A stretch of DNA of 64,000 bases from Acidobacteriota bacterium (lineage in GTDB: Bacteria; Acidobacteriota; UBA890). Each line of letters opens with the position of its first letter. Position 1 is the stretch's first letter. The notes beneath the pieces are model-generated. The model did no database searches. It saw nothing but the letters and a program-made list of their open reading frames with translations, and was not told the origin of the DNA. The stretch covers positions 15,551 through 79,550 of the forward strand of contig CBDCBL010000009.1 of the NCBI GenBank assembly GCA_965214245.1, read 5' to 3'. Below are positions 9,645 to 19,488 of this stretch, in pieces. The position numbers and the translations under genes are program-made.

Positions 9645-12600
9645 TTAGCGCGATGATTCACACCACGCCCGGGCATTCTGGAACATGCGCAGCCAGGGCG
9701 AAACCCCGAGCGTACGGCGCCAGTCTTCCGGCATCCAGCCCCAGTTCCAGGTCATCAACGTGCGCTCCGGGTGGGGCATGATCGCCAGGTGGCGGCCGTC
9801 GGGGGAGCACAGGGCGGCGATGCCGTTGGCCGAGCCGTTGGGGTTGAACGGATAGGCCTCGGTGACCTGGTTGTCGTCGTCGACGAAGCGAACCGGGGCG
9901 AGCTTCTCGACCTCGACGCGCTCGAGGATCGAGCCGTCGGGGAAGAAGGCGCGGCCTTCGCCGTGTTGCAGCCAGACGCCGAGCGTCGAGCCCTCCATAC
10001 CCTGCAGCATGATGGCCGGGCTCTCCTGGATTTGGACGCTGGCGAAGCGCGACTCGAAGCGACCCGAGGCGTTGTGGATGAAGCGTGGCTGCAGCGCGTC
10101 GGCGATGCCCGGCCAGGGCACCCAGCCGAGCAGGGCGCTGAGCTGGCAGCCGTTGCACATGCCGAGCGTGAAGGTGTCGGAACGCTCGTAGAAGGCGTCG
10201 AACTGTTCGTACACGCGATCATGAAAGCGAATGACGCCGGCCCAGCCCTTGGCGGAATCCAGCACGTCGGCGTAGCTGAAGCCGCCGACGAAGACGACGC
10301 CACGAAAGCGCTCCAGCGTGATCCGATCGGCGAGCAAATCGGACATCATCACGTCCCAAGGCTCGAATCCGGCCATGTGAAAGGCCGAGGCCATCTCGCG
10401 GTCGCTGTTGCTGCCTTCTTCGCGGACGATTGCGACCGGGATCTTGTCGGCGGCCTCGAGGATCGCGGCGGCTGTTTCCTCCGGCGTGTAGGTGAGGGAG
10501 TAGGGTGGGGCGCTGCGCTTGCGCAGGCCAGCCTGCTCCTCGGCGACATGGGCCGGATCGGCCTGGAGGCGATCGAGTTCGAAGCTCGTCGCTTCCCAGA
10601 CGTCGCGCAGGTCGCGCATGTCGGCGTTGAGCACCTCGACATCGCCGCAGCGGATGATCACCTCGGGGTCGTCGAGCGTGGCGCCGATGGCAACACAAGG
10701 CACATCGGCAGCACCGAACGCCGCAAGTGCCGCCTCCTCATTCGCCGCATCGACCTCGATGACCAGGCCGAGCTCCTCGGAGAACAAGATCTCTATCGGC
10801 GTGGCGTCGTCGGACAGCGTGACGTCAATGCCGCAGTTGCCGGCGAACGCCATCTCGAGCAACGTGGTTACGAGCCCGCCGTCGCTGCGATCGTGGCCCG
10901 CCGTAATCAGGTCGTCGGCAATGAGCTGCTGGACGGCGCCGAACGCTCGAGCCAATACGCCGGCATCTTGCAGATCCGGCGGTTCCTCGCCCAGTTGCCC
11001 GAAGACGTGCGCCAAAGCCGAGCCGCCGAGGCGGTGATTGCCGCCGCCGAGGTCGATGTACAGGAGGCGGCCGGTGCCGGGAAGCTCCAGGTCGGGGGTC
11101 ACCGTCTTGCTGACGTCCGGGCAGCTGACGTACGCGGAAATCACCAGCGCGCCGGGGCACTTCACAAGCTCGTCCTCGCCGTCCGGCCCGGGAGCAACCG
11201 CCGCCATCGACAGGCTGTCCTTGCCGCCGTCCACGGCGATGCCCAGCTCCTGCATGATCTCGCTCATGGCGGTGGCGGCCTCGTAGAGCATGGCGCCCTC
11301 CCCGGGCAGCTTGGCGGCCCACATCCAGTTGGCTGAGCACTTCACGTATTCGAGGCCGCTGGTCAGCGCCCACACGAGATTGGTCAGCGCTTCACCCACA
11401 CACATGCGCGCCATGGCTGCCGGGTCGAGCAGCCCCTGGATCGGCTGCTCGCCGATGGCGGTGGCGGCGCCGGTGACGCCGAAGTGGCTTTGCGCGATCA
11501 CCGCCACGTCGGCCACCGTCAGCTGCAGCGGTCCGGCGCAGGGCTGCTGTGCCACCAGACCGGTGACGGCGCGATCGACCTTGGTGGTCAGGAAGCGCTT
11601 GGAGCCCACCGAAAGCAGGCGCAGCACGCGGTCGAGCGCCGTGGCGACCGTAGCGTCGTCCGGCAGATCCAACGGCGCTGTAGGCGACGCGATCTTCTCC
11701 AGCTCGAACGTCTTTTGCGGCATGTCGCCGAGCACGGCGTCGAGATCGAGGTTCACCGGCGTCGAATCGTCGCTCGCGTCCCACAGGACGACGCGGCCAT
11801 CGCCGGTGACCTTGCCTACGAACGCCACCGGCGCCATCTCGCGGGCGCACAGGTCGCGAAAGAGCTGCTCGTGCTCGGGGCGCAGCAGCAAGGCGTCCTG
11901 CTCCTGCGACTCGGCGCCCCAGATTTCCAATACCGACAGGGTGTCGTCGCCGAGCGGAATTTCGCGCCCATTGATCTGCGCCCCCTGAGGCTCGACGATC
12001 TCCTTCAGCACGTTGCAATTGCCGCCGGCGCCCTGGTCATGGATAGAAACGATCGGGTTGCGCTCGCCGAGCTCGACGCAGGCGCGCAACACGCGGTTCA
12101 TTTTTTGCTCCATCTCGGCGTCGCCCCGCTGCACCGCGTTGAAATCCAGCTCGGCGACGTTCTCGCCCTGCACCATGCTCGAGGCGGCGCCGCCGCCCAT
12201 GCCGATGCGGTAGGCAGGGCCGCCGATCTTGACCACCAGCATCTCCGGCTCCGGACTGTCCTTGCTCGTATGGCGCGCGTCGATCTGGCCGATGCCACCG
12301 GAAAACATGATCGGCTTGATCCACTCGCGCCGCTCGCCGTCCGCTAGCCGCAACCCGAAAGACCGCGTGTAGCCCTGGATCACCGGCTCGCCGAACTTGT
12401 TGCCGTAGTCGCTGGCGCCGTTGCTGGCCTCGATCTCAATTTGCAGGGGCGGTGCCAGGTTGTCGGGGTAGCAGAAGCCGTCGTCTTCCCAGGGAAGGGG
12501 ATAACCGGGGATGCGCAGATTGCCGACGCAGTAGGCCGCCGTGCCGGCAACCACCAGAGATCCGCGGCCGGTGGCGTGCACGTCGCGGATGCGGCCGCCG

Positions 12601-13571
12601 GTGCCGGTTTCGGCGCCGGGAAACGGTGCCACACCCGACGGGAAGTTGTGGGTTTCGGCAGTGAAGATGATGTCGTAGTCGAGCTCTTCCGGTGAGAACG
12701 GCGTGGGTCGGCCGGGCTCCTGCGGCACGATCGTGCGGATCTTGAAGCCCCGAATGGCGCTCGAGTTGTCGCGGAAGGCGATGACGCTGTTGTTCGGGTT
12801 CACGTCGAGCGGCGCTTTGACGATCGCCATCAGGGGATCGGGCATTTCCTCGCCATGGATGATCAGCCGTCCCTTGAAGAACCAGTGGCGCGAGTGCTCG
12901 CTGTTGGATTGGGCGACGTCGAAGCACTCGACGTTGGTGGGGTTCCGCCCGATGCGGTCGCGGAACAACGCGGTGTAGTAGTCGAGATCCCAGTCGTCGA
13001 AGGCCAGCCCCATCTCGGCGTTGATGTGCTCGAGGGCGGCGCGTCCTTCCTCCATGACCGGTACTTCCACCACGGGCTCCGGTTCGATGCCGATGGCGAA
13101 GCTGTCGAGCGGCTCGGGGTAGGGGCACTCGGTCATCCGATCGTGAACCAGCGCCCGGAACGTCGCGAGCTGGTCGTCGGCCAGCGGCGAGCTCGTGCGC
13201 AGCAAGTAGCGGCGCGAACGTTCGATGCGGCTTATCTTGTGGAGCTCGCAGGCGTGGCAGATCGACACGGCGTTGGTCGACCACGCGGTCGAGAAGTTCA
13301 GCCGCGGACCCACCTCGAGCAGTGCGTCGCTGTCGTTTGGTTCCAGGAAACTGGCGGCGCGAAACCGGTCGGGCTCGAATGTTTCGCTCAGCAGCCAGGT
13401 GAGCACGCCGACCTCCTCCGGCGTGAGCTCACCGCTGGCTTCGACGTTGAAGCAGAGCTCCGTTTCGATCGCGTCGATGGCCGCAGACACGCGCTCGCAC
13501 GCTTGCTCCACGAGCGCGTCCCGCGCCGCGGAGGAAACACCGGGGACGCGGTAAAAGTGGATCAGACCCAT
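9645..13571 (-). CDS. purL: Phosphoribosylformylglycinamidine synthase, single-chain large form (PurL)
   Basis: It is 1309 aa, with start chosen at MGLIHFY; the AIR-synthase-like domains and the C-terminal glutaminase domain are all present. The longer 1384-aa ORF is an N-terminal artefact. Confidence 0.9.
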   Translation of the reverse strand: MGLIHFYRVPGVSSAARDALVEQACERVSAAIDAIETELCFNVEASGELTPEEVGVLTWLLSETFEPDRFRAASFLEPNDSDALLEVGPRLNFSTAWSTNAVSICHACELHKISRIERSRRYLLRTSSPLADDQLATFRALVHDRMTECPYPEPLDSFAIGIEPEPVVEVPVMEEGRAALEHINAEMGLAFDDWDLDYYTALFRDRIGRNPTNVECFDVAQSNSEHSRHWFFKGRLIIHGEEMPDPLMAIVKAPLDVNPNNSVIAFRDNSSAIRGFKIRTIVPQEPGRPTPFSPEELDYDIIFTAETHNFPSGVAPFPGAETGTGGRIRDVHATGRGSLVVAGTAAYCVGNLRIPGYPLPWEDDGFCYPDNLAPPLQIEIEASNGASDYGNKFGEPVIQGYTRSFGLRLADGERREWIKPIMFSGGIGQIDARHTSKDSPEPEMLVVKIGGPAYRIGMGGGAASSMVQGENVAELDFNAVQRGDAEMEQKMNRVLRACVELGERNPIVSIHDQGAGGNCNVLKEIVEPQGAQINGREIPLGDDTLSVLEIWGAESQEQDALLLRPEHEQLFRDLCAREMAPVAFVGKVTGDGRVVLWDASDDSTPVNLDLDAVLGDMPQKTFELEKIASPTAPLDLPDDATVATALDRVLRLLSVGSKRFLTTKVDRAVTGLVAQQPCAGPLQLTVADVAVIAQSHFGVTGAATAIGEQPIQGLLDPAAMARMCVGEALTNLVWALTSGLEYVKCSANWMWAAKLPGEGAMLYEAATAMSEIMQELGIAVDGGKDSLSMAAVAPGPDGEDELVKCPGALVISAYVSCPDVSKTVTPDLELPGTGRLLYIDLGGGNHRLGGSALAHVFGQLGEEPPDLQDAGVLARAFGAVQQLIADDLITAGHDRSDGGLVTTLLEMAFAGNCGIDVTLSDDATPIEILFSEELGLVIEVDAANEEAALAAFGAADVPCVAIGATLDDPEVIIRCGDVEVLNADMRDLRDVWEATSFELDRLQADPAHVAEEQAGLRKRSAPPYSLTYTPEETAAAILEAADKIPVAIVREEGSNSDREMASAFHMAGFEPWDVMMSDLLADRITLERFRGVVFVGGFSYADVLDSAKGWAGVIRFHDRVYEQFDAFYERSDTFTLGMCNGCQLSALLGWVPWPGIADALQPRFIHNASGRFESRFASVQIQESPAIMLQGMEGSTLGVWLQHGEGRAFFPDGSILERVEVEKLAPVRFVDDDNQVTEAYPFNPNGSANGIAALCSPDGRHLAIMPHPERTLMTWNWGWMPEDWRRTLGVSPWLRMFQNARAWCESSR

Positions 13572-13692
13572 GCGCGCGTTTGCTGAGGTTGAACTCAGAA
13601 GGCCGGAGTTGCGGTGGCGTCGAGGGTGAGCAGGCTGACACCCGGAAGATACCCCATTTCGACGCAGCCGGCTGACGGCTGTGCCGCGTGCT

Positions 13693-14130
13693 TTAGTCCT
13701 GCGCTGCCAACGGGTTGCGCCAGCGGAGCCCCGGGAAGCGCCCGAAGTCGGTGTCGTTGGAATGCAGCTCCGCCTGGTTCTCGATAGCGAGCGCGGCAAG
13801 ATGCAGATCGGTCGTCAACCGCCCCGCAGTGCCCGTGGCCTCTACCAAACCCGTAAACACGTCCAAGTGGCGGGGACCCGGGACGAGAACCTGAACCTGG
13901 GGCTGGTCGAGCCATTCCCGGATGTCCGACACGGCCTCCGTGGGCGAAAGCGGTTCGAGCAGAACGGCGCGACTTGTCATTACCCTGACATAGCCCATCA
14001 TGACGGCCCAGGGTAGGCCGACCGAAGTAGCGCCCGACAGACTCGCCTCCCACCAGCGCCGCGCCGCGCTGTGCTGCGGCGCGTCGGAGTTGTAGGTGTA
14101 CACCAGAAGGTTGAGATCAGGGACGATCAT
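13693..14130 (-). CDS. vapC: PIN-domain toxin VapC
   Basis: MIVPDLNLLVYTYNSDAPQH...TDLHLAALAIENQAELHSNDTDF is a PIN fold of 145 aa. Confidence 0.8.
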   Translation of the reverse strand: MIVPDLNLLVYTYNSDAPQHSAARRWWEASLSGATSVGLPWAVMMGYVRVMTSRAVLLEPLSPTEAVSDIREWLDQPQVQVLVPGPRHLDVFTGLVEATGTAGRLTTDLHLAALAIENQAELHSNDTDFGRFPGLRWRNPLAAQD

Positions 14131-14167
14131 CGTCGGCCGAGTCGTGCACCACGCGGCCCCCGAACTT

Positions 14168-14404
14168 TTAGAGCTCGAGGTCGTCCACCAGTTGGTTCAG
14201 CTTGCCGATGTCGATTCCGGCTCGAAATCCGCTGGCCCGCGGCCGGACCTTGAACGCGGTGGGTTTCTCCAGTGGTTTGGCGCCCGTCGACAAGCCGCGG
14301 CGCAAGGCGTCGTTCACGACGTCCTTGAAACTCCGGCCGCTACGCTGCGCGAGCTCCCGCAGTTTCTCCGCCACGTCGTCTTCGAGAGTTAAGGTAGTTC
14401 GCAT
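14168..14404 (-). CDS. vapB: Ribbon-helix-helix (CopG/VapB) antitoxin
   Basis: MRTTLTLEDDVAEKLRELAQRSGRSFKDVVNDALRRGL is an RHH sequence of 78 aa, 37 nt upstream of vapC. Confidence 0.75.
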   Translation of the reverse strand: MRTTLTLEDDVAEKLRELAQRSGRSFKDVVNDALRRGLSTGAKPLEKPTAFKVRPRASGFRAGIDIGKLNQLVDDLEL

Positions 14405-14407
14405 AGA

Positions 14408-14437
14408 GACATCATGATGCTCGACATGGATGATGTC
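14408..14437. promoter_or_regulatory. Putative vapBC operator: inverted repeat GACATCAT-N14-ATGATGTC
   Basis: It lies 4 nt upstream of the vapB start codon. RHH antitoxins autoregulate through palindromic operators. Confidence 0.3.
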
Positions 14438-14497
14438 AAGATCACGACGACCTGGACAGAATAGGTTGCCGCGCAGAAACGGCGCTACGTTCTCGGT

Positions 14498-15820
14498 CTA
14501 CCTCGCCCGCATCGACTCGCGATCGACCTGCGCGCCGCGCAGGTAGACGTCGGCAATCCGCCGCGTGTTCTTGATGTCGTCCAGAGAATTCGCGTTGAGC
14601 ACGATGAAGTCGGCGCTCTTGCCCGGCGCGATCGTTCCGAGATCTTCGAGCCCCATTAACTCTGCCGACGTGCTTGTCGCGGCGACGATCACCTCGGCCG
14701 GCGTCATCCCGGCGGCTACCATATCGGCCATCTCCTCGTGGGCGTTCCAGCCGGCACCCGAGCCGTCGGTCCCCAGCCCGATGGGCACGCCCGCATCTCG
14801 GAGTCTCGTGAGGTTCCGTGCCTGAATCATGAAAGACTCGCTCGGCCCACCTTCCGGGCGGTTCTCCATGCGCTCGCGCATCTGGTCGATTGCCTCAGGA
14901 GGGAGTGTCTCGGCGAGCCAGGGGAGGTCGTCGACCGACGTCAGCCGGCTGTTGGGGAGATTCGGAATCAGATAGACGTTGGGTCGTTCGGCGAGCATCG
15001 CGATGAACTCGTCGTCGACGTCCTGGTCCCGCACCCCGTGGGCGAATCCGTCGAGGCCCACGCCCAAGAGGTCTTTGGCATCCTCGAGCGCGAAAATGTG
15101 GGCCGCCACCTCGAGACCTTGTTGGTGGGCTTCATCGATGACCGCGGTGTACAGATCGGGTCGCAGCTTCTCGACCGTTCCGCCCCGGTCGTCGACCCAG
15201 ATCTTGACGACGTCCACGTTCCGCTCGGCGAGCTCCCGCACGGCTTGCCGGGCTTCCTCTTCCGTGGTGACGCCGTAGGCGCGGTCTTTCAGGTTGGCGG
15301 CGCCGGGACCGGCGTTCGGCATGGCGATTCCGCTCCCCGCCGTGAGCAGGCACGTGATGCCCGGAAGGTCATCGGCACGAACCTGAAAAGCGGTCTCGTC
15401 GGCGTCCATACCCATGCTCCGGGCCGCCGCCACGCCATGGTACGCCAGCCGCTGCAGGTGATCGATGATGTTCTCCCGGGAGTAGTTGTCCGGTCCGTTG
15501 GTCATCCCTGCAACGTCGTTGTAGCCGACGTGGAAATGCATGTCGACGATGGCCGGCATGACGGTCTTCCCGGTCAGATCTACGCGTGTGGCGCCGGGCG
15601 GTGCCGTGACCTCGCCCGCCGCTCCGACCGCGACAATGTGTCCATCTTCGACCAAGAAAGCGCCACTCTCGATGGGAGCGCTGCCGTCGCCCACGATTAG
15701 CCGGGCGCCCTCGAACAAAATCGCCTCGGATTCGCTCGTCTGCGGGGCGTCCTGCGAGGTGCAGGCGAGAGTCCCAAGAAGAAGGTAGAGCGAGCCCAAC
15801 AGCATCTTCGACGGTTTCAT
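14498..15820 (-). CDS. Secreted amidohydrolase-family metal-dependent hydrolase
   Basis: There is a signal peptide, and the sequence ...TVMPAIVDMHFHVGYND...HIFALED... is an amidohydrolase TIM-barrel. Confidence 0.75.
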   Translation of the reverse strand: MKPSKMLLGSLYLLLGTLACTSQDAPQTSESEAILFEGARLIVGDGSAPIESGAFLVEDGHIVAVGAAGEVTAPPGATRVDLTGKTVMPAIVDMHFHVGYNDVAGMTNGPDNYSRENIIDHLQRLAYHGVAAARSMGMDADETAFQVRADDLPGITCLLTAGSGIAMPNAGPGAANLKDRAYGVTTEEEARQAVRELAERNVDVVKIWVDDRGGTVEKLRPDLYTAVIDEAHQQGLEVAAHIFALEDAKDLLGVGLDGFAHGVRDQDVDDEFIAMLAERPNVYLIPNLPNSRLTSVDDLPWLAETLPPEAIDQMRERMENRPEGGPSESFMIQARNLTRLRDAGVPIGLGTDGSGAGWNAHEEMADMVAAGMTPAEVIVAATSTSAELMGLEDLGTIAPGKSADFIVLNANSLDDIKNTRRIADVYLRGAQVDRESMRAR

Positions 15821-16100
15821 GTCAGTCCTCCTCGGCTATCCCGGATTCTGAGTCGCGGCCATCGTGACGTAAGCCCAAACCTTCTTCAAGCGCCACGATC
15901 ACAGCTAATTCCGGAATTCCCTTCGACTCAGCAACTTGCGGCGCATCCGTCCGAACAGGTCCAAAGCCTTCCCGCTCGGCGCTGCAGGCGCGAGATGTCC
16001 GCAACCTTCTCGACTCCGTGAAAGACTTGGATCTAGAATATCTGCAACGCTGGGCCGCTGAACTGGAAGTGGCCGAGTCTCTCGAACGGCTTCGCGAGCA

Positions 16101-16346
16101 ATGGACGACACGACTGAAGAAGTACAGGGGGAGTTCCTAAAACGGTTCAGAGCGACCGATGCATCGCAGCGATTGCGCATGATGTCGGGAATGTTCTCAG
16201 CGGCGAAGTCGCTTGCCCGGGGCAGCGTCAGGAACGAGGCTGACCCACCGGAGGCTGCTTTCTTCAGGCGAATGTACCGGACTGATTTCAGCGCCAGCGA
16301 GCTGGCGGTAATCGCCGAGCATCTGAAAGCGGCCCACTCAGGCTAG
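16101..16346 (+). CDS. Hypothetical 81-aa protein; possibly the downstream part of a decayed gene whose upstream frame (15841-16140) lacks a start codon
   Basis: The ORF is MDDTTEEVQGEFLKRFRATDASQRL...; an adjacent frame encodes ...DVRNLLDSVKDLDLEYLQRWAAELEVAESLERLREQWTTRLKKY* with no ATG. Confidence 0.2.
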   Translation: MDDTTEEVQGEFLKRFRATDASQRLRMMSGMFSAAKSLARGSVRNEADPPEAAFFRRMYRTDFSASELAVIAEHLKAAHSG

Positions 16347-16372
16347 GCGGATGCCGCCGCCCGCTAAATCCA

Positions 16373-16413
16373 ACGCCCCTGTAGCTCAGGTGGATAGAGC
16401 ACGGGATTCCTAA
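16373..16413 (+). repeat. Partial copy of the 5' half of tRNA-Arg(CCT) (acceptor arm through anticodon loop): att-like direct repeat, left copy
   Basis: The 41 nt cgcccctgtagctcaggtggatagagcacgggattcctaa are identical to 22486-22526 and then diverge from the tRNA. Confidence 0.8.
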
Positions 16414-17007
16414 GGCCATCAGAGCCGTTTCTCGCAACTTCTTGACCTGCTTCGATTTCAGCACAAACCCTTGTTCTCAAAGGGATTGGGGACGCCGGGA
16501 CTGACAGGCCTGACGAGACCAAGAGGACTGAAATCACTGGCAAGTGGCCACGTTTTCGGCCACGCCCACTCAGGCTCTACGGCTGCGTCTTACAATAGGG
16601 TTCAGGGCGTGCCACAGCAGCGCCGCCGGGGCCGTTGTCCTCGACGCTGCTGTTTTGGGGGTAGGGGTGCAGCCTAGATCGTGCGTTGCTGGTCCTTAAA
16701 TCAGCACCGATTCGCTGCCTGTGCGATGCAGCTGTTCCAACAGAACGGCACGTTGGCGGTGAAAACCATGGGGTACGTAGTCGATGACAGCAGATCGCCT
16801 GAGGGGACAAGGACTGCAAGACGTTGCCCCCGAGGAAAATTCCCAGCTCGCTGATCAGAACCAAGAGGACTCGTCGCTCGACAAGCGCCGCTCACCCAAA
16901 GTAATCCAAAGGGCACTAGACGAGTACGGCACTTGTGACCTGTGCCCTGGAGACTGGACCGCGGATAGTGAGAATTTCTCGATAAGAAAACGAGGAGGGA
17001 GATTCTC

Positions 17008-17274
17008 GTGAAGAAGTCGAGGTTCACAGAGCAACAGATTGTGTACGCGATCAAGCAGGTCGAAGCCGGGGTGCCGATCACAGAGTTGTGTCGGAAGTAC
17101 GGAATATCCCAGCAGACGTTCTACCGCTGGCGCAGGAAGTATGGAGGGCTGGCGCCGCGCGAGCTGCAGCGGCTCAAGGAGCTTGAGCGAGAGAACACGC
17201 AACTGAAGAAGCTGGTGGCAGACCTGAGCCTCGACAAGCAGATCCTGCAGGATGTGCTCGCAAGAAAAGATTGA
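17008..17274 (+). CDS. IS3-family transposase OrfA (helix-turn-helix / leucine zipper)
   Basis: MKKSRFTEQQIVYAIKQVEAGVPITELCRKYGISQQTFYRWRRKY... Confidence 0.85.
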   Translation: MKKSRFTEQQIVYAIKQVEAGVPITELCRKYGISQQTFYRWRRKYGGLAPRELQRLKELERENTQLKKLVADLSLDKQILQDVLARKD

Positions 17275-18104
17275 AGCCCGCGCGCAAGAGAAAGCTCGTT
17301 TACCGAGCGCAGGAGCAGTATGGAGCGTCGGAACGGCGAGCGTGTGGGCTCATTCAGATTGGTCGAACAACCCACCGGTACCAGAGCATCAGGGACCCAC
17401 AGGATGAGCTGCGGTTGCGCTTGAAGGAATTGGCGGCAGCCAGACCGCGGTACGGATCTCGGCGTCTGCACATCTTGCTGCAGCGTGAGGGCTGGAAGAT
17501 CAACCACAAGCGGGTTTGCCGGCTGTATCGGGAAGAGGGCCTACAGGTACGTAGACGACGTCGTCGGAAGGTTGCGGCGCGCCCTCGGGTTCGGCTGCCG
17601 GCCCCAAGCGAGCTGAACCATCGGTGGAGTCTGGACTTCGTCGCCGACGAACTGGTGAGCGGTCGCCGTTTCCGGGTACTGACAGTCATCGACATCCATA
17701 GCGGCGAGTGCCTGGCGCTGAAGGCTGGCTTCTCGCTCACCGCACAGATCGTCACCGCACAGCTGGAGGAGATCATCGCCGAGCGCGGAGTGCCGGTCGC
17801 CCTGACCCAAGACAACGGGACGGAGTTCACCTCGAGGCACTACGATGCCTGGGCGTTCTCGGCGGGGATCCAGTTAGACTTCATCCGGCCGGGACGTCCG
17901 GTCGAGAACTGCTACATCGAGAGCTTCAACGGCAAGCTACGAGACGAGTGCTTGAGCCAGAGCTGGTTCCTGAGCCTCTCCGAGGCTCAGGAACAGCTGG
18001 ACGCATTCCGGAAGGACTACAACGAAACGAGACCGCATTCTTCTTTAGGCAACCTGCCGCCTGCCGTGTATGTCCAACTGCTGCAGGAGGTTGCAGCTAC
18101 CTGA
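17271..18104 (+). CDS. IS3-family transposase OrfB (DDE integrase core); made as an OrfAB fusion by -1 frameshift near AAGAAAAGA (17262-17270)
   Basis: ...HRWSLDFV...LTQDNGTEFTS...[14 protein letters not shown]...RPHSSLG is the DDE core. Confidence 0.85.
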   Translation: MKPARKRKLVYRAQEQYGASERRACGLIQIGRTTHRYQSIRDPQDELRLRLKELAAARPRYGSRRLHILLQREGWKINHKRVCRLYREEGLQVRRRRRRKVAARPRVRLPAPSELNHRWSLDFVADELVSGRRFRVLTVIDIHSGECLALKAGFSLTAQIVTAQLEEIIAERGVPVALTQDNGTEFTSRHYDAWAFSAGIQLDFIRPGRPVENCYIESFNGKLRDECLSQSWFLSLSEAQEQLDAFRKDYNETRPHSSLGNLPPAVYVQLLQEVAAT

Positions 18105-18235
18105 TGCCCACTAACCCGAGTTTTTCTCGTTTTCGATGGACCCAAGTTGGGGTACACCTCACAGCACCGTGTTACTGAGATAGAAGGTGGTACTAACCGC
18201 GGGGTCTGGTCACTTGCCCGTCTGATCCCCGCGTC

Positions 18236-18565
18236 ATGATGTACGCAAAACTCCTCGCCGAAGGAAAACGGCAAAGACAAGCGTACCTACTCTGTTACCC
18301 CGAAGCAGCGGAATGGACCCAGAGTTCTCTCGACTCTCAAGCCAGCATCTTGGCTGCTCACCCTAAAGTGGCTGAGTGGAGGGCCTCACACGTCCTGGGT
18401 CCCACAAACCTAGCCCGTGCAGCGACCCCTCAGGCGCTGCGGCGAACGATCGAATTAGGTCAGGGCCAGCACGGCGCAAACGCCAAGGTTCAACTCGACG
18501 CAGCGTCCTCGATACTGGACAGAGGTGGAGTGCCGAGGTCGAAGGAGTTCGCGATTGTGGCTTAG
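18236..18565 (+). CDS. Hypothetical protein inside the integrated element
   Basis: It is a 109-aa ORF in more AT-rich DNA; no recognisable motif. Confidence 0.25.
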   Translation: MMYAKLLAEGKRQRQAYLLCYPEAAEWTQSSLDSQASILAAHPKVAEWRASHVLGPTNLARAATPQALRRTIELGQGQHGANAKVQLDAASSILDRGGVPRSKEFAIVA

Positions 18566-18882
18566 GCGCTGTCGTTGAATCTCATCGCCGAACTTGAAGC
18601 AAGCCCCGACTCCGCACCTCCTGTGTCAGCGCTAGGGGGTGGCCAAGATGCCCTCGAGAAAGCACGCTCAGAATGGGCTGCTTTCTCACCCGGAAAGCAG
18701 GGCGATGACAGGACCACGGAGGCCCGTGCTGGTTCGGCTACCGGTCAAGTGGGACCATCCGGCTTGGGCCGCCGGCCTCCTGGGTAGTAGACGGACATCT
18801 TCTGCTTGGGCAAGGTTCGGCGGCCCTCTAGATTCAGCACGGCCCCGGCTGCTCCGACAGAGCGACCGGGGCCGGATGCTGT

Positions 18883-19479
18883 CTAGACTTCTATTTGGAA
18901 GCTCGCCTTTCGCACATCCTCCTTCGTAATGCCCAAGTAGGTAAGCAGAGCCCCAGGTGTCCGGTGCCCTAGCTTCTCCTGAACGACCGCCATTGGCACA
19001 CACGCTTCAAGTGCGGCTCGGCCCCATGTCTTACGCCACGAGTGCGGCGAATACACGCCGTCCGTGAGGCCCTCAGCCGCCGTGTCACGCTTGATCAGTT
19101 GCCAAGCCCGTCGCCTATCCAGCGGTTTCAATTCGCCCGTATCGGCGTCTCTGTTCCTGCTGGGGAACAATGGTGCACGGGGGTTCAACGGGTCCTGATG
19201 ACCGTCGCCGAGGTAGGCCCGAATCGCTGCCGTGATCTTGGGCGTGATGTCACACGTCACCGTCTTCTTGGTCTTCCGCTGCTTGATCCTGAACGACTTG
19301 CGGATGCCTTTCGAACCTCGCACGTCACCCACCGTGACGGCGAGCAGATCGGAGACGCGCAGCGCCCAATTGGGGCCGGCGGTCCACAGCAGCGCGTCGC
19401 GAAGATTCCCGGAGCCTTTGTGCATGTCCTGAATCACCCGTACCTTCTGGACGGGGATGTAGTCGGATGCGTCAGCCAT
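18883..19479 (-). CDS. Small tyrosine recombinase (198 aa, catalytic domain only; FimB/FimE-sized)
   Basis: The catalytic residues are spaced as expected: R in ALRVSDLLAVTVGDV, HSWRKT, GHRT, and Y in LTYLG. Confidence 0.65.
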   Translation of the reverse strand: MADASDYIPVQKVRVIQDMHKGSGNLRDALLWTAGPNWALRVSDLLAVTVGDVRGSKGIRKSFRIKQRKTKKTVTCDITPKITAAIRAYLGDGHQDPLNPRAPLFPSRNRDADTGELKPLDRRRAWQLIKRDTAAEGLTDGVYSPHSWRKTWGRAALEACVPMAVVQEKLGHRTPGALLTYLGITKEDVRKASFQIEV

Positions 19480-19488
19480 CGGAATCTC

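Larger units (their letters stand above)
16936..18212 (+). mobile_element. Intact IS3-family insertion sequence (1277 bp) with a 4-bp TSD CTTG
   Basis: The termini are TGACCTG...CTGGTCA with ~40-bp imperfect inverted repeats. CTTG flanks it at 16932-16935 and 18213-18216. OrfA and OrfB overlap in a -1 frame arrangement. Confidence 0.8.

Noticed and set aside
16375-16413. Calling the 39-nt tRNA-like segment a second tRNA-Arg gene or pseudo-tRNA
   Set aside because: It contains only the 5' half up to the anticodon loop and then diverges. It is better explained as an att-site repeat.
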